IMG/VR virus record: IMGVR_UViG_3300017774_004999
Span: 1-29,622 of that record
DNA length: 29,622 bases
Source: a virus
Lineage: Duplodnaviria > Caudoviricetes
Direction: 5' to 3' (one strand)
Both the position numbers and the translations under genes were made by a program. This document shows, piece after piece, positions 1 to 7,400 of this stretch. Position 1 is the stretch's first letter. Each line of letters starts with the position of its first letter. Under the pieces are notes generated by a model, which saw nothing but the letters and a program-made list of their open reading frames with translations, did not search any database and had not been told where the DNA came from.

Positions 1-132
1 CGTGGTTGGGATTTTGACGGGATCCCCTCAGCTGAGTTGGCAGATCTACACACCCCTTGGCAGGGCTGGGTCGGTACTGGTCATCGTTACTATTGCAATC
101 CTGAGGCAAAGCGTATTTCGTTCCCCGCATAA
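1..132 (+). CDS. 3' end of a hypothetical protein, truncated by the window start
   Basis: Frame 1 is open from base 1: RGWDFDGIPSAELADLHTPWQGWVGTGHRYYCNPEAKRISFPA, then TAA at 130-132. Translated by hand; not in the ORF track. Confidence 0.6.
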   Translation, partial: RGWDFDGIPSAELADLHTPWQGWVGTGHRYYCNPEAKRISFPA

Positions 133-202
133 GTTATATAAGGAATGAGATGCGCCTTAAAGACACTCACCCCGTACACTAATTTACTCTTTCTTTTTGA
201 TT

Positions 203-337
203 ATGTCTAAGTCCGTGATTCTTTCCCTTCTGGCACAAGGTAACACTGGCATCGAGATCTTGACGATTCTCGATAATATCGTGAGTGACATTGAGCAGGA
301 TGGCATTGATAGCTGCGCGGAGGTATTCGCAGTGTGA
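203..337 (+). CDS. Small hypothetical protein (44 aa)
   Basis: ATG203..TGA337 gives MSKSVILSLLAQGNTGIEILTILDNIVSDIEQDGIDSCAEVFAV. Preceded by a pyrimidine-rich leader and followed by a hairpin. Below the ORF-track length cutoff. Confidence 0.7.
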   Translation: MSKSVILSLLAQGNTGIEILTILDNIVSDIEQDGIDSCAEVFAV

Positions 338-352
338 TGTAGTCTACTGTGC

Positions 353-378
353 GGGTGCTGCGGTTATTCGTAGCACCC
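353..378 (+). terminator. GC-rich stem-loop downstream of ORF 203-337, possible terminator
   Basis: GGGTGCTGCG-gttatt-CGTAGCACCC forms a 10-bp stem with one G-U pair. Only a weak U tract (cttatt) follows. Confidence 0.45.
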
Positions 379-403
379 CTTATTCGTGACAGCAGTTGTT
401 CGT
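364..403 (+). repeat. Three direct repeats TT(A/G)TTCGT with an exact 16-nt period
   Basis: TTATTCGT 364-371, TTATTCGT 380-387, TTGTTCGT 396-403. Confidence 0.75.
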
Positions 404-511
404 GAGCCCAGTGTTTAAGGGCGGTGCGGTTATAACGTCGGCGGGCGTAGCGGGGGGGGGGTGTTTATAATTTCGAAACTACCCTAACCTACAGAGGTGA
501 CAAATCGACCT

Positions 512-518
512 GTAAATA
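512..518 (+). promoter_or_regulatory. Possible T4-type late promoter (GTAAATA)
   Basis: TAAATA core lies in non-coding DNA 30 nt upstream of ATG549. The T4 gp55 consensus is TATAAATA. Confidence 0.35.
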
Positions 519-548
519 TCAATATCTAAAAAAAATTCCTGGCGGCCA

Positions 549-668
549 ATGACACCTAAGAAACCAAAAAAGAATCCTACATTTGGTAATGGAGACAAAA
601 GAAAAGCAACGGGTCAATGTAGGTCCACAGCGCAGAAGAATGCGACGAACAAGAGGAAGAAAAAATAG
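549..668 (+). CDS. Small, highly basic hypothetical protein (39 aa)
   Basis: ATG549..TAG668 gives MTPKKPKKNPTFGNGDKRKATGQCRSTAQKNATNKRKKK. Not in the ORF track; overlaps the start of the next ORF. Confidence 0.5.
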   Translation: MTPKKPKKNPTFGNGDKRKATGQCRSTAQKNATNKRKKK

Positions 669-786
669 ACCGTATTGGAATTTTTTCCGAGTAGTTTTAG
701 CAGGATGGATGATACGATATCCACGACCTTTTTTTGTGACGCTTGGTATAGTCTTTGTGACCATATATAATGCGGTCACAAAATAA
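640..786 (+). CDS. Small membrane protein (about 48 aa)
   Basis: Same frame as track ORF 583..786. ATG640 preferred because it minimises overlap with 549-668. Basic N-terminus MRRTRGRKNRPYWNFF, then hydrophobic FFVTLGIVFVTIYNAV. Confidence 0.6.
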   Translation: MRRTRGRKNRPYWNFFRVVLAGWMIRYPRPFFVTLGIVFVTIYNAVTK

Positions 787-791
787 TTTTC

Positions 792-983
792 GTGCAAAAA
801 ATTTATCACATATATGCAAAAGATAGATGTTTATTCCATTCCATTAAGGAAGAGGAATTTCAAACAACTTGGAATACTATTAAGAATATGGTTGGTATTA
901 TGAAAACAGAATATTCTACAAATGATTTATCTTATGAAGAATTGTTTATTAATAAGGACATTGAATTAAATGCTTCTTATTGA
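792..983 (+). CDS. Hypothetical protein (63 aa)
   Basis: GTG start 5 nt after the previous stop; fills the space up to the sigma70 promoter; AT-rich codon usage like its neighbours. Confidence 0.7.
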   Translation: MQKIYHIYAKDRCLFHSIKEEEFQTTWNTIKNMVGIMKTEYSTNDLSYEELFINKDIELNASY

Positions 984-1008
984 CAGTATCATATATAAAT
1001 GGTAAAAT
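980..1008 (+). promoter_or_regulatory. sigma70-type promoter with extended -10 and a nested late-promoter-like box
   Basis: TTGACA (980-985), 17-nt spacer, TAAAAT (1003-1008) preceded by TGn. TATAAAT at 994-1000 lies inside the spacer. ATG at 1032. Confidence 0.8.
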
Positions 1009-1031
1009 TGAACTGAAAATTATTTTCTATT

Positions 1032-1811
1032 ATGGCAAAAGGATTTACTGTTAAAGCTCCTACTCCAAAAGTAACCTCACCAGAGTGGGACTATGATAAA
1101 ATTAAAGAAAGAATGCGAGGGAAGTCAATTGTATTCTGTCTTCCAGGTCGTGGTTGTTCATATCAGTTTCTGAAATCATTTGTACAACTGTGCTTTGATA
1201 TGGTACAGAATCAAATGAGTATTCAGATTTCTCAAGATTATTCATCCATGGTTAACTTTGCACGTTGTAAGTGTTTAGGTGCGAATGTATTGCGCGGTCC
1301 AAAACAGATTCCTTGGGATGGAAAACTACAATATGATTATCAACTTTGGATTGATAGTGATATTGTGTTTAACACAGAAAAGTTCTGGCAAATCTGTGAT
1401 CTTGCTCTGAGTGAAGATAGCGAAGGTAATCTTGTTAATAAAGAAATTGTCGCTGGTTGGTATTGCACAGAAGATGGGCACACTACTTCAGTGGCTCACT
1501 GGTTAGAAGAAGATGACTTCCGTAAGAATGGTGGTGTCATGAATCATGAAACTCTAACTACTATGGAAAAGCGTCGTAAGCCTTTCACAGTCGATTACAC
1601 TGGTTTTGGTTGGGTAATGATTAAGAACGGTGTCTTTGAGAATCTTGAGTACCCTTGGTTTGCTCCTAAGATGCAGGTATTTGAATCTGGTAATGTTCAA
1701 GATATGTGTGGAGAAGATGTATCATTCTGTCTCGATGCCAAAGAAAAAGACTTTGAAATTTGGTGTGATCCTCGCATTCGTGTTGGTCATGAAAAGACTC
1801 GTGTGATTTGA
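1032..1811 (+). CDS. GT-A fold (GT2-like) glycosyltransferase
   Basis: N-terminal IVFCLP strand, DxD motif in YDYQLWIDSDIVF, TGFGWVMIK, GEDVSFC (GT2 ED motif) and C-terminal RVGH. Confidence 0.75.
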   Translation: MAKGFTVKAPTPKVTSPEWDYDKIKERMRGKSIVFCLPGRGCSYQFLKSFVQLCFDMVQNQMSIQISQDYSSMVNFARCKCLGANVLRGPKQIPWDGKLQYDYQLWIDSDIVFNTEKFWQICDLALSEDSEGNLVNKEIVAGWYCTEDGHTTSVAHWLEEDDFRKNGGVMNHETLTTMEKRRKPFTVDYTGFGWVMIKNGVFENLEYPWFAPKMQVFESGNVQDMCGEDVSFCLDAKEKDFEIWCDPRIRVGHEKTRVI

Positions 1812-1813
1812 TA

Positions 1814-1969
1814 ATGACCTTTGATATTCTTTATAGAGGAAGAAAATTATATCAGAATCTCTGTCATGAGGAATGTGTTGAGATTCTTCATGACCTCTCT
1901 CAAAGGTATTATGAAGACTCTGAGTTTGATATAAACGAATTAGAATTGTTAGAGAATACTAATGACTAA
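1814..1969 (+). CDS. Small acidic hypothetical protein (51 aa)
   Basis: ATG1814..TAA1969 gives MTFDILYRGRKLYQNLCHEECVEILHDLSQRYYEDSEFDINELELLENTND. Starts 2 nt after the GT stop; not in the ORF track. Confidence 0.75.
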   Translation: MTFDILYRGRKLYQNLCHEECVEILHDLSQRYYEDSEFDINELELLENTND

Positions 1970-2018
1970 GACCTCTGCTACTTCTCGCAATGGGAAGAAA
2001 ACAAAATATAAAGGATAA
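1962..2018 (+). CDS. Very short basic peptide (18 aa), possibly a gene remnant
   Basis: ATG1962 overlaps the end of the preceding ORF; MTKTSATSRNGKKTKYKG, stop TAA 2016-2018, just upstream of the terminator. Confidence 0.35.
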   Translation: MTKTSATSRNGKKTKYKG

Positions 2019-2045
2019 GATAAGTAATTCAATTAAATCATATAA

Positions 2046-2086
2046 TCCCAGTCGTTACCTCAAAGGTAATGGTTGGGAGTTTTTTT
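2046..2086 (+). terminator. Rho-independent terminator
   Basis: TCCCAGTCGTTACCT-caa-AGGTAATGGTTGGGA forms a 15-bp stem with three G-U pairs, followed by gTTTTTTT. Confidence 0.85.
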
Positions 2087-2132
2087 AATTGATCATTACT
2101 CAAGACCTCATGAATAACTGTCAAAATTTCAT

Positions 2133-2139
2133 CTAAATA
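2133..2139 (+). promoter_or_regulatory. T4-type late promoter (CTAAATA) for the baseplate genes
   Basis: TAAATA core in the intergenic gap, downstream of the terminator and 20 nt upstream of the gp25 ATG. Confidence 0.65.
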
Positions 2140-2159
2140 AGATAGAATGATACATCTTA

Positions 2160-2561
2160 ATGCCTGTCGAAAGGATAAGTAAGGGATTTAAGGACGTAAG
2201 TGCTTCTTTTTTAGTAAGCACATTAAATTATGACCTTATTTCACTTAAAAATGAAAATGCAATTGCCCGTTCCCTTCGAAATCTGGTCTTAACTTTACCT
2301 GGGGAGCGATTTTTTAATGAAAATTTAGGTTCAAATGTCTCAAAATCACTTTTTGATAACATAGATTCAGTTTCTGCATCGATTATTGAAAGTGAAATTG
2401 AAAATACAATTAAAAATTATGAGCCAAGAGTAAATTTACTTGCGGTAAATGTAGTTCCAGACTTTGACAATAATAATTTTGACGTTACAATTACATACGA
2501 AATCATTGGAATTGATGTTTTACCCCAACAATTGACATTTGCTTTACAACAAACACGATAA
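2160..2561 (+). CDS. gp25: Baseplate wedge subunit, T4 gp25-like
   Basis: AIARSLRNLVLTLPGERFF..LGS and IENTIKNYEPRV match the GPW/gp25 family; immediately upstream of gp6. Confidence 0.92.
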   Translation: MPVERISKGFKDVSASFLVSTLNYDLISLKNENAIARSLRNLVLTLPGERFFNENLGSNVSKSLFDNIDSVSASIIESEIENTIKNYEPRVNLLAVNVVPDFDNNNFDVTITYEIIGIDVLPQQLTFALQQTR

Positions 2562-4475
2562 ATGACACTAGTAAATTTTAGCAATCTCGATTTCGATCAA
2601 ATTAAGAGTTCTCTCAAAGAATATTTGAGAGCAAACTCGAATTTTACTGACTATGATTTTGAAGGTTCTAATTTATCAACGATTATTGATACTCTTGCTT
2701 ATAATACGTATATTACTTCGTACAATGCTAACATGGTTAGCAACGAAGTTTTTATTGATTCGGCAACTTTAAGAGAAAATGTTGTTTCTCTCGCAAGAGC
2801 TATTGGTTATGTTCCTAAGTCAAGAAAATCTTCTGCTGCAACAATTTCATTCTATGTCGATGCAACATCTGAGTCTACAGCTCCTCTCACATTAACTCTG
2901 CAGAAAGGACTCGTATGCACAAGTGCATCTTCCTTTAATGGTACAAGTTATACTTTTAATATACTAGATCCAATTTCAAAATCTGTAATTGATAATATTG
3001 CAACTTTTGATTCAATACCAGTTTATGAGGGAACATATCTTACACAATCATTTACTGTAGATGCAAATAATTCAAATCAAAAGTTTATTTTAACTAATGC
3101 TAATATTGATACGTCATCGATACGTGTAACGGTCAGGAACACGCAGAACAGCACTGTCACGAGGAAATTTACCCTCGCAGACAATTTAATTGGTATTAAC
3201 TTAACTTCAAAAGTTTTCTTCATTCAAGAAATTGAAGATCAAAGATATGAACTCATCTTTGGTGATGGTATTTTTGGAGTTAAACTTGATAATCTTAACT
3301 ATATTGAAGTTTCATATGTCACTAACAATGGTAAATTTGGAAATGGTATATCAGATTTTACATATTCTGGAAGAATCTTAGATAATAATGGTACTCCAGT
3401 TACAACTTCAATCTCAGAAGTCACAACTGATGTCTCATCAAATAATGGTCAAGAGATTGAGTCTGTAGATTCGATTAAAAAGTATGCTCCAAGAATCTAT
3501 GCATCACAAAATCGTGCGGTAACAGCAGCAGATTATGAAGCTCTTGTTCCAAAGATTTTTCCAGAAACAGAATCAATTTCAGTTTTTGGTGGAGAGACTT
3601 TAAATCCACCAAAGTATGGAAAAGTCTTTATTTCAATCAAACCTTATAATGGAGATTTCGTTTCCGATATTATTAAAGATACAATTGTAACAGAATTGCG
3701 AAAATATACAGTCGCTGGTATTGTAGTAGAAATTATTGATCTTAAATATATCTATGTTGAGTATGATAGTGTTGTTTATTATAATTCAAATTTATCTCCC
3801 GGCGCAGGATCTTTAAAATCAACTGTTCAAAACAATATATCAGCATATTCCGATTCAATAGAATTGAATAAGTATGGTTCTAAATTTAAATACAGTAAAT
3901 TCCAAAAAATAATTGATGATAGTCATCAAGCAATCACTTCAAATATTACAAAAATCATAATTCGTCGCAATTTACAAGCAAAAGTAAATTCATTGGCAGA
4001 TTATGAACTTTGTTTTGGAAATGGATTTCATTTAACAAATACAAAGAGCGGATATAATATCAAATCTTCTGGATTGAATGTTGATGGAATTGTAGATACT
4101 GTTTACCTTGGCGATTTACCGAATGTGGATCAGAAAACTGGAACGTTGTTCCTATTCAAACTTAATTCCCCAACTGAACCAATAGTTGTTAGAAATAATG
4201 TTGGCACAGTTGATTATGAAAATGGAGAAATTAGATTATATCCAATCAAAATTACAAATGCTACAAAATCAAAAGATGGTGTCAAAATAGTTGAAATTTC
4301 TGCATCACCAAATTCAAATGATGTAATTGGAAAAGAGGATCTTTATTTGCAACTAGATATTAATAACAGTATATTAAATATGCAAACAGATGATATTTCA
4401 TCTGGAGCAAATATCTCTGGGTCAACATACACAGTAACCTCAAGTTACACAAACGGGAATTTAATCAGATTGTAA
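2562..4475 (+). CDS. gp6: Baseplate wedge subunit, T4 gp6-like
   Basis: LDFDQIKSSLKEYL..FTDYDFEGSNLS..LAYNTY, DSATLRENVVSLARAIGYVP, YELIFGDGIFG and QNRAVTAADY are gp6 motifs. Confidence 0.95.
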   Translation: MTLVNFSNLDFDQIKSSLKEYLRANSNFTDYDFEGSNLSTIIDTLAYNTYITSYNANMVSNEVFIDSATLRENVVSLARAIGYVPKSRKSSAATISFYVDATSESTAPLTLTLQKGLVCTSASSFNGTSYTFNILDPISKSVIDNIATFDSIPVYEGTYLTQSFTVDANNSNQKFILTNANIDTSSIRVTVRNTQNSTVTRKFTLADNLIGINLTSKVFFIQEIEDQRYELIFGDGIFGVKLDNLNYIEVSYVTNNGKFGNGISDFTYSGRILDNNGTPVTTSISEVTTDVSSNNGQEIESVDSIKKYAPRIYASQNRAVTAADYEALVPKIFPETESISVFGGETLNPPKYGKVFISIKPYNGDFVSDIIKDTIVTELRKYTVAGIVVEIIDLKYIYVEYDSVVYYNSNLSPGAGSLKSTVQNNISAYSDSIELNKYGSKFKYSKFQKIIDDSHQAITSNITKIIIRRNLQAKVNSLADYELCFGNGFHLTNTKSGYNIKSSGLNVDGIVDTVYLGDLPNVDQKTGTLFLFKLNSPTEPIVVRNNVGTVDYENGEIRLYPIKITNATKSKDGVKIVEISASPNSNDVIGKEDLYLQLDINNSILNMQTDDISSGANISGSTYTVTSSYTNGNLIRL

Positions 4476-4476
4476 T

Positions 4477-7400
4477 ATGTCAGAATTTAGAGTCAAAACA
4501 AGTTTAATTGTTGAAAATCAAGTTCCATCATATGTAAGAGAAGAATTTCCTCTTCTTATTGAATTTTTATCGCAATATTACAAATCATTAGACTATCAAA
4601 GTGGGTCGTCTGATATTTTACAAAATATCGATCAATATGTGAAATTAGATAGTCTGGTAAACTTAATAGACTCTACTACTTTAACTTCTTTTGTAGAATT
4701 TTATGATACTACAATCAACGTTGAATCGACAACAGGATTTCCAGATTCATATGGATTGCTTTTAATTGATAATGAAATCATTACTTATGAATCAAAAACA
4801 TCTACATCATTTGTAAATTGTAAAAGAGGATTTTCTGGAACAACAACATATCAAGATTCAACATCTATAGATCAACTTGTATTTTCTGATACTGATGTTG
4901 ACCAACATGAAAATGCATCTATAATATCAAATTTAAGCATTCTCTTTTTAAAAGAATTTTTATTAAAAGTCAAAAAACAAATTTCTCCAGGATTTGATGG
5001 AAGAGATTTATATTCTGAAATTAATGAATCTTTGTTTCTCAAGCAGGTAAAAGATTTTTATTCATCAAAAGGAACTGAAAATTCATTCAAAATTTTATTT
5101 TATGCATTATATGGTGATACTGAAGCTTCTGTCATTAAACCAAGTGATTATTTAATTCAACCATCTGATGCTCGTTATTATATTACTAAAGATCTGGTTG
5201 TTGAAGCAATAGATGGTGATCCATCCGATCTTGTGGGATCTACATTATATCAAGATGATGGATTTTTTGAGCCTGCAAAGGGAACTGTTTCAAAAGTAGA
5301 AAGAATACTTAGGGGACAAAAGGAATATTATATAATCAGTCTTGATCAGGATCAAGATAAAGATTTGCAAGGAGATGGAACTTTTTCAATTCACCCAAAA
5401 ACAAGAATAATAACAACAACGGGAATTGGAGTTACAACTCTTGAAGTTGATTCAACTGTTGGATTTCCTCAATCAGGAATATTGGTTGTAAACCAAGGTG
5501 CAGACACTCAATTTTCTTTAAATTATGAAGAAAAAACAATAAACCAATTTTTGGGTTGTTCTAACATTACATCAGAAATTTCTGAGCAAGAAGAAGTTGT
5601 ACTAGATTCCTATGCATATGGATATGTTGGAATTTCTACTAATAATGTTATAAAAGTTAGAATAACTGGTGTTTTATCTGATTTAAAAATTTTAGATAAA
5701 ACTTACTACTATGAAAAGGGTGAAAAAATACAAATAGAAAGTCTTGGATCAAATTTAAGTTCGAATATAGCAAATAATTGGTTCTTTAATGTATCTGTAA
5801 GATATGATGTAAAATTTTTGCAACTAGTCGATTCTTCAACTTATACATATAGAGTTAATTTATATGATGAACATGATTTTGTAATTGGAGATTCTATAAC
5901 TTTAATCTCGTCTAATGATAGAGAGTTTTACGGAGAAATTATACCAGAAAATATTAATGCAATATATACATCAAACATTTCTGGATTTGACAGCAAGTTA
6001 GCATTTAATATAACGGGTCAAGGTCAATTAAATACAAATATTTTTTATAATGTAAGAAAAAATATTTCAAAAGTATCAACAACAAATTATCCAAGCCTAA
6101 CAAAGTATACAACTAATGTTCAAAATGTTTATACTGATTTAGAAGATACTTTGTATGTTGCATCAAATTCTCTTCCATCATATTACAACAATCCACTAGT
6201 AATCAATGATAGATCAATTACTTTTTCTGGTTCTTTTTCTGGAACTCAGTTGGTAATTGGAACACATAGTTTCATAACTGGTGATGCGATTGTTTATAAT
6301 CCAACAGATGATAATAATAAACTAGATTTATTCTCTGGAATATATTTTGTTAAAAGGGTAAACAATACAACTATAAGTGTTGCAAGAAGTAGGGAAAATA
6401 TCTTCACTGAAAATTATATTTCAGTAAGTGGAACAGTATCGAATAATCAATTTTTCTTATATGATTTTAGTGATGATCTTTTAAATCCTAAACAGGTAGA
6501 ACCACAAAAATTAATTCGCAAAATATCTACACCAGAAAGCGATGGGTCATCATATGATACTCCTGTAGGATCAACAGGTATTTTTATTAATGGTGTAGAG
6601 TTAATTAACTATAAAACATCAGATATCATTTTCTATGGTCCATTACAAAAAATAGTTCCAACTGCATCAGGGAGTGATTATGATATCATTAATCCACCAT
6701 CTTTAAATATTACAGATGCAATTGGATTTGGAGCAACTGGAATTTGTACAGTAACAGGATCTTTAGTCAGAGTTGACATTATTGATCCTGGTTTTGATTA
6801 TCTTGAAGATCCAATTATCACGATTACGGGCGGCAGTGGATCCGGAGCTTTGGTAAAACCTAATTTAATTAAGTTTGACCATTACTCTATATTTAATTCT
6901 TCAGCAGGCGCCTTACAGGTCAACACAGCGAACGATACGATTGGATTTTCGTCATATCATAAGTTTAGGGATTCTGAAGAAGTAGTATACGATACTCAAG
7001 GTGGAACCAATGTGGGAGGTCTTACGACCGGAGCAAAATATTATGTTGCAGTTCAAGATGGATTCACTCTTAAATTGCACAAGACTTTTACAGATTCCGC
7101 AGTTGGTATTAATACTGTAGATTTGACATCGTTTGGTGCAGGTAATCACAAATTATTATCCACAACAAATAAGAAAAAAATAGGTTCAATCTCAGTTATT
7201 GATGGTGGTAGTGGGTATGTAAGTGGAGGATCTACAATTCAACTTACCATTAAAAGTAGAATTGGAATATCAACTCTGACGGGGCAAAGTTTTGAAGCTA
7301 TTCTAAATCCAATTTTTAGAGGAAATATCACTTCAGTTTCTCTCACATCTTCTGGTGTTGAATATGGAAGTGAAGAAATAATCAATTATAATAGACAACC

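Noticed and set aside
519-809. 96-aa minus-strand ORF
   Set aside because: Antisense to tightly packed plus-strand ORFs in a window where every credible gene is on the plus strand; no recognisable motif.
1-2159. tRNA genes in the intergenic gaps
   Set aside because: No cloverleaf with a GTTCRA T-loop in a proper stem context was found by eye; tRNAscan-SE would be decisive.
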